DNA from: Paragordius varius
Lineage: Eukaryota; Animalia; Nematomorpha
Length of the DNA stretch: 64,000 nucleotides
Assembly: GCA_964247055.1 (NCBI GenBank)
Contig: OZ176052.1
Span: 1,860,001-1,924,000, forward strand
Reading direction: 5' to 3'
Positions 39,485 to 52,516 of this stretch are shown piece by piece. The translations under genes were made by a program, and so were the position numbers. Under the pieces are notes generated by a model. That model was not told the DNA's origin, made no database searches, and saw nothing but the letters and a program-made list of their open reading frames with translations. The first letter of the stretch is position 1. Every line of letters begins with the position of its first letter.

Positions 39485-41040
39485 GGTAAAGCATTTTGTT
39501 TAAAGAGTTGGTTAGTTTAAGTTGTGGGGAAAATAATTGAGTAATGTGAGGTGTTTGAGAATGTAAGGTGAGGTGTGATGATAAATGTTAGGATATTTTG
39601 TAGGAAGGAGAGAGTTTAAAGATGTGTTGATGTAATGTAAGAGAATATGGGAATATCAATTAATAAAATAAAAAATATCAAATATAAAAAATGAATATGC
39701 TAAAAAAGTAAAAAGAGAGGTGATGTAATGAGTGTGTGAGATGTAAGGTGATGTTTAATGCGATAAATGGTAGGTGGTTTTGTAAAGATTGGGATGTAAT
39801 GTAGTAGAATATAAAGTATTAATATATAAATAAAAAGTATCTAAAAATGAGTTTTGATAAGTTTGAGGATGTAATTGTAAGGTGAGGTGTGATGATAAAT
39901 GTTAGGTTTATTTTAAAGATATTGGAATAATGTCAATGTAAGGTAAGGTGTGATAATAAATCTTAGGTATATCGTAAGGATAAGGGAATTCGAAGTAAAA
40001 ATATATTCATATATAATAAGAAGCGTCCAAAAATGAGATTTGATGAGTTTGATGATTTATATGTAAGGTGAAGTGATTTTGTAAAGATAGAGATGTAAAG
40101 CAAGGGAATATAAAATGAGGGAATATAAAGTAAAAATATATTCATATATAATAAAACGTATCCAAAAATGAGATTTTTGATGATGTATATGTAAGGTGAG
40201 GTGCGGTGTAATGGTAAATGATAGGTGATTTTGTTAAGATAGGTATGTAAAATTAAAAAATATTAATCAAATATAATATGGTGAAAAAGTAAATTGGAGA
40301 GAGGTGATGTGTGGGTGAGTGAATGAGATGTAAGGTGAGAGTTTGATGAGAGGTGAATTTGTAAGATGTGTTGATGTAAATTAAGGTAATATAGGAATAA
40401 AGTTTAAGTAAAATAAAAAAGAATCTATTTATGGAATAAGGAATTCAGTATCCAAAAAAATAATGGAGAGATGTGATGAGTATGTTTTATGTAAGGTAAT
40501 GAAGATGAGGTATGGTGAAAAGAAATGTATGTTGATATAATGTAAGGGAATATAAATTAAATAGAATAGAATATAAAAAATATTCCAAAAATAAGATGAG
40601 GATGTGATGAATGGTGAGTTTGAAGATGTTTATGTAAGGTAAAGAGGTGTGATGATAAATGTTTAGTGATTTTGTAAGGATGGAGAATGGAGATGTTTGA
40701 TGTAAAATAGGGGAATAAATTTTTAATAAAATAAAAAAATTAATTCAAATATAGAATAAAAGATAGCATCCAAAAATAGATAGAATATAGGTGATGTATG
40801 TATGTAAGAGAGAGTATTGGGTGAATTTGTAATAGAGAATGGAAGATATGTTTGTTGATGTAATGTAAGGATGGGTAAAATATAAAAAAGTATGATGTCA
40901 AAAGTAGGACATGTGATGTGTGTGGGTGTGTATGTGTAAGGTGAGATGAGTTGAGGTTTGTTGTAAAGGAATGTATTTCGTAGAATAAGAATGAAAGTAA
41001 AAATATGAAAATATGGAATGTAGAAATAAAATATAATATA
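39485..41040 (+). repeat. Degenerate G-rich satellite (copy B)
   Basis: Same unit motifs as 875-2540, with some units lost or gained. Confidence 0.85.
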
Positions 41041-41202
41041 TACATAAATAAATGGATAATATGTAAAATATATATAGTATTGTGATTGAGTTTTGGATTC
41101 ACTCCAGCCAACGTCATACACGGGTCTCTAAATAAAAAACCCCTAAACATCAAAAAATAAATAAAATGATTAATTATATTGTTGATGTAAAATTGTTTTT
41201 AT

Positions 41203-44200
41203 TTAAAACTTACAGTATGTTTCTCGAATAACACAATCAGTCATCACAGGTTTATAATCGCATGTACAACCCTTGCATTCCACCAAATCTATTCCTGGTA
41301 AGCCTGAATCTGGAGACGGTTCCTCACAAGGTGAAGGGGTCCATGTAAAATACTGAGGTTCGTCATTGAATCTTACTGTTTTTTTTGGAACAGTTTTTTC
41401 TACATTTAATTGAATAAATTTTGTAGCAATATCGATAATAATGATTGCTTTTTGCATTGATCTTGGTGTAAAAAACATTTCGAAATATTTTTTTACCGTT
41501 TGATTCAGGCGAAGTAAAATCTTCAACCTCACTTTCTATCGCATTTATTTCTTGCCAACTAGGTTCTGGATAGAACAGTTCTCCGACAGGGGAAGTCGGA
41601 GTCCAACGGAAATATTGAATATCTTCATTGAAAACCACTCTTTTTGGAATATTTGGTTCTAATAAAATATATACGTAATTTGATGTTGGTACTAATTTTA
41701 ATGGTCTTAAATATTATCTATTTCACATTTGTTTATAAGTTTACTCGAAATATGTTTAATAAGAAATAAATATATAAAGTACCATTTTTGCATCCATTTC
41801 GGCCCTTAATGTTGGATTTCTTTTGAATCGCATCAGGCTTACCAGGTGGACAAACAACTAATTTATGCATAGTAGAATTGTTTTTTTTAAACAACAGATC
41901 TATTTTTTAAATAAATTCAGAACATTAGAGCATATTGATCTCCCATTTTAAATTAACAGTTATAATGCATGTTCGTCGGATCATGATACGTAAATAAGTA
42001 TTGACAAAACGTTACTTTATAAAAATACATCAATTAAATTTTAATTTTATAACTTCTATATATTATACGATAGTGCTTTATGCCCTTTGAGTGTCTTTAA
42101 AAAATGAACTAATCTCAAATTTATTTAAAAAAATGTTTTTTTATAAAAATTTTTCATATAAATAAAATATAATTTTTACCAATTAAAGCATCCTTCTCTT
42201 CCATCTTCCCAAAACAAGGAAACAGACGAGTCCACCACTTCTTCAAACCTGTAATTTAAAAGCTACATTTAAGTATCTTTTAAAGACCAAATATTTTTGT
42301 AGCCCGCGAAATCAAATATAAAATACAAATCTGAATAAAATTAGATATTCTTAATTAAATTTTATAAATCAGTTTTAGCTAATTTTTGAAATAAAACAAA
42401 ATTATAAAAATAGTTTTTAACTTATGTTTGATTTATAATAAAATATTCTTTGATTCCCATATATAAAAATCAAGCCCGTCGGTTATATTTTTTTGAAAAA
42501 AACCATTCGCCTCAATTCAAATATTTATAAAAAAATTCGAAGCTTAAAACATAATAACCTTGTCCGATAGCACCTCTTTCATTAATTTTTTTCTTCTGAA
42601 TACGATTCTGGGCAAAAATATTTTTCATTAAAATATGATGTTGATATATATTCAAATTTACAAAAGCAATTTAATTATTTGATTGTTGCATTCTAAATTT
42701 TTTTACCATTAGCTATCAAGTTTAGTGATAATTATAAACTCAAATTTATTTTTAATTATGTTTAGTGATGTGTTATTGCTAAATACTTATTTGATACTTT
42801 TGCACGAATTCAATGGTTTAAAAATTGAACCCCAAAATAGCATTTGATTAATATTCTGTTATTTGTAAAATGGATAACATTTATTAGATGATAAATATAC
42901 TTAATAAGATACATAATGTTGACTGATCCCTTACAATAATTTTAAACTAAAAATTAACTCATTTTGTTTTTGAAGATATAGATAAGTTAAACCAATACGA
43001 TCACAACATCTTCTTTGCCCGATGTTTAGTTATTTGTGGATTGTTTAAAATATCAGCTATATATAAGGTGACCAGATTTTTTGAAGGAAAAAGCGGGACA
43101 AATCTGATAGGGGGGTCATTGGGGAGTACAATCAAAAATTTTAATATACAAAATTTATTGTAATATTTATTTATTTTTAACACAAATACATTATAATGTA
43201 AAAAAATTTGTACCTTACAGGTTGTTTGTACCTTATTCAATAAATTTACATGTGCACGAATAAAGAGTGAAGTGATTGTAATATTCTAGAAAAAAATAAT
43301 AAAGTCGAAATCATCACTAAGTGCGCTGGGTGATGCAACAAGCGGCACAAAAAATATTTTTAACAATTTAGCGAATAATCTTAATGAAAACATTATTGGT
43401 AGATACACAACGCTATTCAAACAGCTACTGATTTGTTAACCCTGGATGTGGAAAATATAGATGTTAAAATGCTTGGATATAATAAAACTGTTGGTTAGCT
43501 CTTTTGCCAGCGATTGAAATATTTATAAAAATGTGATCTCCTAGAACCCTATTTTTTATCACAGGACAAAGGTCAAAATTCCAAGTCAAAAAGGGAAAAT
43601 AATTTTATACCAATACCTAATCGCAATATATTAAAGCATCTAGAAAAACAAGGCTTAATGAATAGCCAGCTTTTAAAAATGTTTTATACAAGAAACGATA
43701 ATGACACTTTTTTATGAAGTCTCATTATTAAATAAATATAAATGAAAACTTATATTATGGATAAGGTGACCAGACGTCCCGCTTTTGGCGGGACAGTCCC
43801 GCTTTTTCACACTTTGTCCCGCTTCCTGCTACGTTTTTAAATGTCCCGCTTTTTCACGATTATATAAAAAAAATTTTTTTTAATACAAATAAATTTTTTT
43901 TGTCCGTTTAAATTTTTTATCATTAAATATCTTTAAAATCTATTCATTTTAAATTAAAATTTTTTATTTTAAATTAATATTTATTTTTTTCGAATTTATA
44001 TCATGTGATTATACACTATACTTCCTACTACTAATGTCATTATTATCAAAAAGCCAAGTTAATACCCTTAAATCTCTAGATTAAAAGACAAATTGATACC
44101 ACAAATCGGTACCTTACACGTTTATTTCACAAAATTAAGGTAATATAATATTTATTATACTAATATTTTAGTTTTATTACTTGCCAACATTATTAAAAAG

Positions 44201-47200
44201 CCAAATTAATACCACAAATCGGTAGCTTAAAAGACAAATTGATACTACAAATCGGTACCTTACACGTTTATCACAGAAAATTAAGGTAATATAATATTTA
44301 TTATACTAATAGTACTTTATAAATATGAGCACAAAAAGAGGTTGTAAATTCAACGATGAATTAATGAAGGATTTTTCTTTTATTAAAAAAACGAAGAATG
44401 AATCATTTGTTAAATGTCTTATATGTGAGGGGGAATCTAGCACATGGCGGCAAGCATGATATTACAAAGCATATGGAAACACAGAAACATAAAAAATGTT
44501 TAGAATTATTTTCTAACCTTTTTTGACTTGGAATTTTGACCTTTGTCATGTGATAAAAAATAGGATTCTAGGAGATCACATTTTTATAAATATTTTAATC
44601 GCTGGCAAAAGAGCTAACCAACAGTTCTACAATATCCAAGCATTTTAACATCTATATTTTCCACATCCAGGGGTAACAAATCAGTAGCTGTTTGAATAGC
44701 GTTGTGTATCTGCCAATAATGTTTTAATTAAGATTATTCGCTAAATTGTTAAAAATATTTTTTGTGCCGCTTCTTGCATCATCCAGCGCACTTTGTGATG
44801 ATTTCGTCTTTATTATTTTTGTCTAGAATATTAAAATCACTTCACCCTTTGTTCGTGCACATGGAAATTTATTGAATAAGGTACAAACAACCTGTGAGGT
44901 ACAAATTTTTTTATATTTATAATGTATTTGTGTTAAAAATAAATAAATATTACAATAAATTTTGTATAAAAATTTTTGGTCCCCCAATGACCCACCCCCT
45001 TCTCAGATTTGTCCCGCTTTTTCCTTCAAAAAATCTGGTCACTTTAATTATGGACAACAGAAAAAAAATACGTAGGATAGAAATGGTTAAAATAATCATT
45101 TTTAAACAAATTATGTTCCATACAATAATAATATTTTAATTGTAGAATTTGCATTATCTTTACCTGAACCACTGCTATTGAACGCGTTTTTCCAAAGCAA
45201 ATTAAGTAAGGACAAGGAATCAAATTTAAATGTTAAATAAGTGCATTTTATGTGTTCAAATATAATTTGACAAATTATGAAGACTTATACAATATTTTAA
45301 TTAATTTTGTTTATTTTTTAACATAAAAACTTTATAAATATAAATAAATATTTTATTCTTTGGTATATTTTTTATTTGAGTGAATGCGTTTTAGCAGAGT
45401 GTCATCATTTTTTAAAATATTGTAGACTTCACAAGAATTTGTCAAATTATATTTGACAGATAAAGCGACCTTTAAAGTTTCAACATTTAAATTTGATTTT
45501 TCCGATGTCCACACCTGATTTACTGTGGAAAAAACGCGCTCAGTAGCAGCGTTGGTTCCAGGTAAAGATAGTGCGAATCCCACAGTTTTTAAAAAATTAT
45601 TGTATAGAACATAGTTTGTTCCAAAATGATGAAATATTTCCAACCATTTCTTTTCTACTGTATATTTTTCTGTTCATAATTTAAGCTTTTCATTATTAAT
45701 GTATCTTTTAACTAATGATACTTCAGAAAAAAGATCATTTTCTGAAAGATTACTTTTTGAGAATTTTTGGGAGCAGATATAATCAAATTATTTTTGAACA
45801 TCGCACCAATTAAATTCTGGTTTTAATGTTAACCAATGAAAATGATCAATTTCATTGAATTGCGTCGTCCAGTCTTCCAAATAATCTTTACAGTTTGTAT
45901 AAAACATTTTTATATGGTACAGGATATCTAGTCGATTTATTAAGGCATGTTTTTCTAAATTATTTATTATAATGCAGATGGCTAATGGTATAAAATTATT
46001 TTCAACCCGTTCTTGACATTGGAATTTTAGGTTACTAACTTCATTGGCTACTTCGATTGCCGAAATTTTGTCACATTCTATAAATTTAATAACATTTTGA
46101 AAGAGGGAAGCTAGATTATGTAAGAATTCTAACCATATTTTTGAAGAATCACTTTCAGAAAACTTTTTTAAAGTTGTAGGACATTTGTCCTGTGATAAAA
46201 AAAAGATTTTAAAGAATCATACATTTTTAAAATTCGATAGCTGGTATAAAAGCTAACCAACGAGTTTTACAATATCCAAGCATTTTTTGATATGAACTTC
46301 TGCATTTTCACAGAATTCTTTAAGCGTTTCAACACGTACCGTTTAAAAATAGGAAAATATTTTAACAACTACATTTTCTACATCTAGGAGTAACAAATCA
46401 GCAGCTGTTTAAATAGCGTTGTGTATTATATGCGCTGCACACCCAACGACAATAATGTTTTGATTAAGATTATCTGTTAATTTATGAAAAATATTTTTTC
46501 CCCTACTATCCACCAAAGTTCGTATTGGTGTTGTCAGCGCAATGTGCCATAATTTTGTCTTTTAAATTATTTTTTTCTAGAAAATGCATTATTGAAGTAA
46601 ATATTATTTCGGAATTTTCGCGTAGATAAATTAAATCTAAAATTTTAATTTTTACTCCGGTTTCTGAATCATAATATCTTATTAAAATGGGAATTAATTT
46701 TGTTTCATGGTGATTTAATGCATTAGAGTATAGGGATAAGAAATTAATTTTCAGCAGATCTTTCTGTATTTCAGAAAATGCATGTGGCGAAAGGACATTG
46801 TTAATGGCTTCAGCCTTTGTATGGGCACATGTAAATTTTTTATGGAATAACGTGCGAATAACCTGTGAGGTACAGTCCATAGATCTAAAGGAATGATTGT
46901 GATTAACGGCGTGAAAAGATAACACGCCCTCAGCTAGTGCCAAATTCTTTTCTTCCTCTCCAAAAGCGGTTTTTCGAAAAAAAATCGCTCATTTTGTAAG
47001 ATGATGCCGCCATATCTAAACATTTTTTATGTTTCTGTGTTTCCATATGCTTTGTAATATCATGCTTGCCGCCATGTGCTAGGGTGAATTCCCCCTCGCA
47101 TATAAGACATTAACAGATGATTCATTCTTCAAAATCTTTCATTAATATCGTTGAATTTACAACCTCTTGTGCTCATATTTATAAACTACTATTAGTATAA

Positions 47201-48093
47201 TAAATATTATATTACCTTAATTTTCTAGAATAAACGTGTAAGCTACCGATTTGTGGTATCAATTTGTCTTTTAAGCTACCGATTTGTGGTATTAATTTGG
47301 CTTTTTAATAATGTTGGCAAGTAATATAACTAAAATATTAGTATAATAAATATTATATTACCTTAATTTTCTGGAATAAACCTGTAAGGTACCGATTTGT
47401 AGTATCAATTTGTCTTTTAATCTAGAGATTTGTGGTATTAACTTGGCTTTTTGATAATGTTGACAGTAGTAATAGGAAGGAAGTATAATAATATGATATA
47501 AATTCGAAAATAAATATTTTAATTTAAAAATAAAAAATTTTAATTTAAAATTTATATGGATTTTAAAGATATTTAATGATAAAAAATTTATTTGTATTAA
47601 AAAAAAAATTCTTTTATATAATCGTGAAAAAGCGGGACATTTTAAAAACGTAGCGGAACGCGGGACAAAGTGTGAAAAAGCGGGACTGTCCCGCCAAAAG
47701 CGGGACGTCTGGTCACCTTAGCTATATATCATGTAATATTCCTTAAGTAAACAGCCATATTATAGGTTATTTGGTTCATGTTCGTTCATAGGGAAAAAGT
47801 AAAGCAGGTAATTTTTTCGTTTTTTATATATAAACTAATGTCAATTTTAAAGACCAAACAATATTTTATAAAATACTAGCAATGAATTTCATACTGTGTT
47901 TACTGTGTTACATTTGGCTTTAACTATTTACAAATTATCAACCATCTCTTCACACAAAAATTCCAATTAAAATTAGAATAACTCTTTCTATGGCCTTGTT
48001 AAAAAGGTAAAAAATATAAAACAAAAATTGTATAAAACCTTTCCCGTCGTCTTTTCTTTGGCCATTTCTCTTATTTCGAATCCAAAAACTCAT
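41203..48093 (-). CDS. Paralog of the RVxF-motif protein (about 185 aa), copy B; hAT element in intron 1
   Basis: Exons 48093-48039, 42248-42180, 41857-41783, 41658-41497 and 41399-41203 give 558 nt in frame. The two ORF-track fragments (41363-41638 and 41203-41532) are joined by removing a 97-nt GT-AG intron (41496-41400). Confidence 0.72.
43200..45300 (+). pseudogene. Second, heavily deleted hAT transposase remnant on the plus strand (split by the nested element)
   Basis: 43205-43280 aligns to the reverse complement of 46800-46873 (KFTCAR region); 43340-43480 aligns to the reverse complement of 46370-46500; 45130-45300 aligns to the C-terminal EFALSLPG...ERVF...YNLT region. Confidence 0.8.
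43762..45046. mobile_element. Nested 1285-bp internally deleted derivative of the same hAT family, in inverted orientation
   Basis: Ends TAAGGTGACCAGAC and TCTGGTCACTTTA; perfect 8-bp TSD ATTATGGA (43754-43761 and 45047-45054). 43762 to about 44510 matches the outer right end, and about 44515-45046 matches the outer left end. Confidence 0.93.
45353..47176 (-). pseudogene. Degenerate hAT transposase
   Basis: BED-like N-terminus from an ATG at 47176; AEGVLSFHAVNHNHSFRSMDC...KFTCAHTKAEAI; CADNTNTNFGG; C-terminal SLPGTNAATERVFS dimerisation motif. Broken by stops and frameshifts; the expected first catalytic Asp reads N (YSNALNH). Confidence 0.9.
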
Positions 48094-51000
48094 GATGAAA
48101 GATTTTATATTTACAATTGGTGATGTTAAAATAAATTTAGAATTTGATAGTATAAATTGAGGTTATAAAATGATTGTTGCTTTTATCATGCATAATTATA
48201 TGGTTATAATCAAATAGTTGTTATATTTTTAATACTGTCATCAATTAATTTCATAAAAATATACATGGGAATTAACTAAGGAATTTTTTTTGTAGATGAT
48301 AGCCGGCTCTATTCACAGTCAAAATAAATTTATAAAAACCTAAGATCCAATAGACAAATATTTTTTTAGAAAGATAGCTGTTTTCTCTCCTCTTTAAAAT
48401 ACTTTTCTCCAGCTTTTAGACTTTTAACTTTGTAATAACTTTTATTGTAATATCTATAACAATTTAATCTTTGTAAGGGAGAGGGATCTGACTGTTAATT
48501 GAACCGATCACAATAATTTAAGTTATTGGAAAAAAAATAAAAAAATTTAAAATTTTATTTAAATTTTCCATAATTAATATGATTATAATATTGTAACTAT
48601 TGAAAACGATTTGAACGAACTTTATTTTGTTTGATTATAGAAGATATATTTCATATTTGCAGGAATGATACCATTTATGAAATTGAATGGCTTCAATCAT
48701 AAGCAATCAGAAGACCGAAACTCTATCATACTGTCAACGTCGGCAGAACATTATATTTAACAATTGTTAAAATCTGTAAGATAACGATAAAGGAAAATCA
48801 AATAGAATTAAATGAAACTATAAATAGAAATTATAACGATATGTGAAACCCAATGTCTGCTAAAAATTAAAATCATACAAATAAACGTAAAAAATATTTT
48901 TTTCTCACTAGAAGAGATATATTTTTAATCTTTAATTTCTATATAAACTATAACTCTTAAAAACCCATTTCACATGACTATTTCATACTTTGCAGTTTAA
49001 AACAATGAATTATATCTAAAAATTATGGATGACAAAAGAATAGCTGCCTTGTAAATAATTATTTGTCTTTATGTTTTTACATTTTTGTCTGTATAATTTC
49101 AATTATATGATCAATGGCAACAGGCATATCCATTAATCCATATATAATTATCAACTAAAAGTAGCTAACATAAATGAATTAAAAACACACCCAACCATGA
49201 CACAATTGAGCAGTGTTAAGGCTGTAAATATATAAACTTATTCAAATTAAATACTGAATAATCAGAAAGATCTTAGATGACCAAAAATTAAAATGAATTT
49301 TATATCATCCAAAAATACTTTTTTATTATTTCTTTGAAATCGGGGGTCCAACTAACCAGCATCCCAAAAACCAAGATACCATCAAATAATTTTTTTAAAA
49401 CGTTAAATATTCATAATATTATAGGAATAGATGCGTAAGAAGTTAGTTAAAACACTTCACGTAAGGAAACTTTTTTTTGTATATAAATTTGGTTATATTG
49501 GACATGATTATACATAAATCATACATTGTAGCCGAACCCGCACATCTACGGATACCAGCGGAACTATTCCCCTGCCAAAACACATATAATATGGTATATT
49601 ATTACAATACTCAAAGATATATAGTTTTAAGCTTTTAGAATTGATGAGATGAAGCATAATAATTTTGTACAGCTTAAGTGTAATATGCGGCTTTAGGAAT
49701 ATCAATAATAAAATATATTGTTTTTTAAATCAAAATTAAAACCAAAACTTTTAAATCTTTACAATTAATTATCATGCAAACAACAAAATTCAAAAGTTAA
49801 ACACAACCGGATATTTTTAAATTTTTGTAATATACCCATAAGTTTTATAAAAATATAAACTTTCGAACAATATGTAATATTTTATATATTGCAATTTCTA
49901 AATAATGCATATTTTCATGTATGAGTGTTGTGTAATGATAGCTAGACATAATTGCTTCTGGGAATTTGGCATATATGATTTACTTCATTTTATCCGCTTC
50001 AATCCACATCTCATAGCTTCAATTAAACACTCTCATCGGACTATGTTAGAAAATATGATATAAAAATATATTTCTCGGTTCAATGTTGAGATGGCATTTT
50101 CATGTTTATTTCGATAAAAATATATATGAGATACATACAATTTACAGTTTAATTAAAAATAGATTGTGTTGTTTAAGATTTAAAACTATTTTTATATATT
50201 TAAAAAAATATTTGATAAATTTATATAATACTGAAATAATAAACTATGCCATAAAGGTATATTTCATATTCATGCTGAGTTATATCAGCCCGAAAACAGT
50301 AATTTATTTTTGGAGTGAATTTGAATTGTATGAGGGTGTATTTGTAAATGGTATACAAGGGTATTAATTATCCCATTAAAAATTGTTTATCTACAATTAA
50401 AACTATATCCAATTTTGAATATTTAAATCTAGCTCATTTTGTTAGATAATTATTGTAAACTTTAAATTTTATCTGATTTTTATTATGACACCTATATACT
50501 TTGTGGATTTAGCTTTTTAAAAATTTACAATAAAGTACTTATCATAACTGGCAATAAATTTGTGTCGCATTTTTTTCGAAATCAGCTAATGTTTCTGGAA
50601 AAATGTCTTTGGAATTTGTGAGAAACCATATGGACCAATCTTCGGTAGTAATTGTTTAAAATTTTTGATCGTCACCTTATTTTTGCAAAAATTTATTATG
50701 TTAATAGCTATATAAATTATAATCGAAAAAATGCTAAAAATTTATTTATTTATATCTGAATGAACAATGTTTCCTAAAACAACAGGGAATTTTTAGGAAA
50801 ATTTCACTGATTTTCAACAAAAATATTACTTCATCCTCAACTAGGTTCTTAGAATCAATTCCCTGACACATAAAAGTAAACTCGGAAAGTTTGGCATGGA
50901 AAAACTGCCAGCCACCTTCAATTCGATCCGCATTCCACACCAAAAAGGGGGAAGTCAGATTTGTTTGTTGACCTTATTAAAATATAATACGACAAAATAT

Positions 51001-51132
51001 AAAAATATATAGACTAACATTTTTTTAAAGGCAGGCTACATTTTTAATTTTGGATTTTTTCTACACAAACAATTTACTTATAATTTAAACCAATCTGCAA
51101 TAAAAAAGAATAAGTTATAATTAAAAATTTAA

Positions 51133-52021
51133 CAGGCCTTGGAACCATTTCAAAAAATGGAACCGGGACCGGGTCGCTTCCTGAACAAGTGGAACCGGAA
51201 CCGCGTTGGTTCTTAGGAATTAATAGAACCGGACGGTTCCTGAAATTTTGGAATCGAAACTGGGGCGGTTCCTAAAATGGAACCGGAACATTGGTTTCTT
51301 AAAAATTTTGCGGTTCCGGGACTGGTTCTTTACATTTAGGACGGGTTCCATTTTCGGTTCCTGACTTTTAATTAAATTATTTACAAAATTTTTATTATGA
51401 TAATACAAACAATCAAACAATTTATTATAAATTGCCAAATGTATAGTGAAAGAATTGTAGCGTAGCATAATATATGAAACATATTTTAAAAATATAATAG
51501 GAAAATTTATAAATACAAAAGTATAAATGAGAATTAAATTAAGTATGGCATCTAAAAAAAACTTTATTTAACTAAAAAATTATTGGACCAAGCAATTCGC
51601 TGGTCACACTGCTTCTCAAGTCTGAAAAAGATAATTAAGGGTGAAAAATATCTTTCAACGGAGACCTATATATATGAACATATGTATTATAAATAAACTT
51701 AATGATTTATTAAAAAGCCGAATCGTCAGCCGCTTAGTTTTAGGTTTGAAGTATGTTGTAATGTGTAATGGTACATTTAAATCTAAATAATTTAATAAAA
51801 TTATGAAAAAATCATATGGGAACCAGTAAGGGGGTGGAACCGGAGCCGGGTTGGTTCCTAAAAATTTATAGATAGAACCGGGTTGGTTCCTAAAATTTTG
51901 GAATCAGTACCGGAGTGGTTCCCGGAGAGGTGAAACCAGGACCGCGTCCCAATGGAACCGGTTCTTATTAAAATCCCAGGAACAGGGTTCCGGTTCCATG
52001 CGGTTTCGGTTCCATGCCCTA
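51133..52021. mobile_element. Non-autonomous hAT-like element with GGAACC(G) subterminal repeats, copy B only
   Basis: Imperfect TIRs CAGGCCTTGGAACC / GGTTCCATGCCCTA; many GGAACC/GGTTCC motifs in both terminal 250 bp; near-TSD AAATTTAA/AAAATTAA; absent at about 12650 in copy A. Confidence 0.85.
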
Positions 52022-52516
52022 AAAATTAAGTTTTTAAACATTTTGTTGGCTTAAAACATATTTGCCTTTATGCTTTAATTTGTATGTATATTTTTAATTT
52101 TACTGTAACTGGCTAAAAAACAATGGTTTATTATGCAGCAGGAAACAGTTTACTTTAAAAATTACTTTAATGGACGTTTTAACTTTTTTTAAAATATTAA
52201 TTTAAACCAGTATAAGAAGGATAACCGGAAGACAAATTAAAAGCTGCTATCTTTGATGAAGACAAAAAATGTTAATTTATTTCGCGGATTAGCCAAATCT
52301 ATCTGTGTTTGGTCTTTTATATATAAAATACACTCCTAAAACGACCTTATAGTTCTTAATTATAATTCATTCCCTTTAATATTTAAAACTATCAAGTTAT
52401 ATATGAGACATTAATTTAAACCAAACAAACTCCTATATATTTATGTTTTTTTAAACATAAATTTATTTTAATAAAAACAATAAGTTTTTCCAGCTATGCA
52501 TTGAGACAACTGAGAA

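Larger units (their letters stand above)
43064..47720. mobile_element. hAT DNA transposon (TAAGGTGACCAG ends, Blackjack-like), non-autonomous chimera, copy B only
   Basis: TIR TAAGGTGACCAGA at 43064 and TCTGGTCACCTTA ending at 47720; perfect 8-bp TSD GCTATATA; GTCCCGC subterminal repeats; absent at the copy A site (about 4512-4520). Confidence 0.95.

Noticed and set aside
41363-41652. Apparent frameshift and ATG-to-ATT loss in copy B of the RVxF gene
   Set aside because: The shift lies in a 97-nt intron (96 nt in A), and the ATG is an internal codon 8 nt after a splice acceptor, so copy B is intact.
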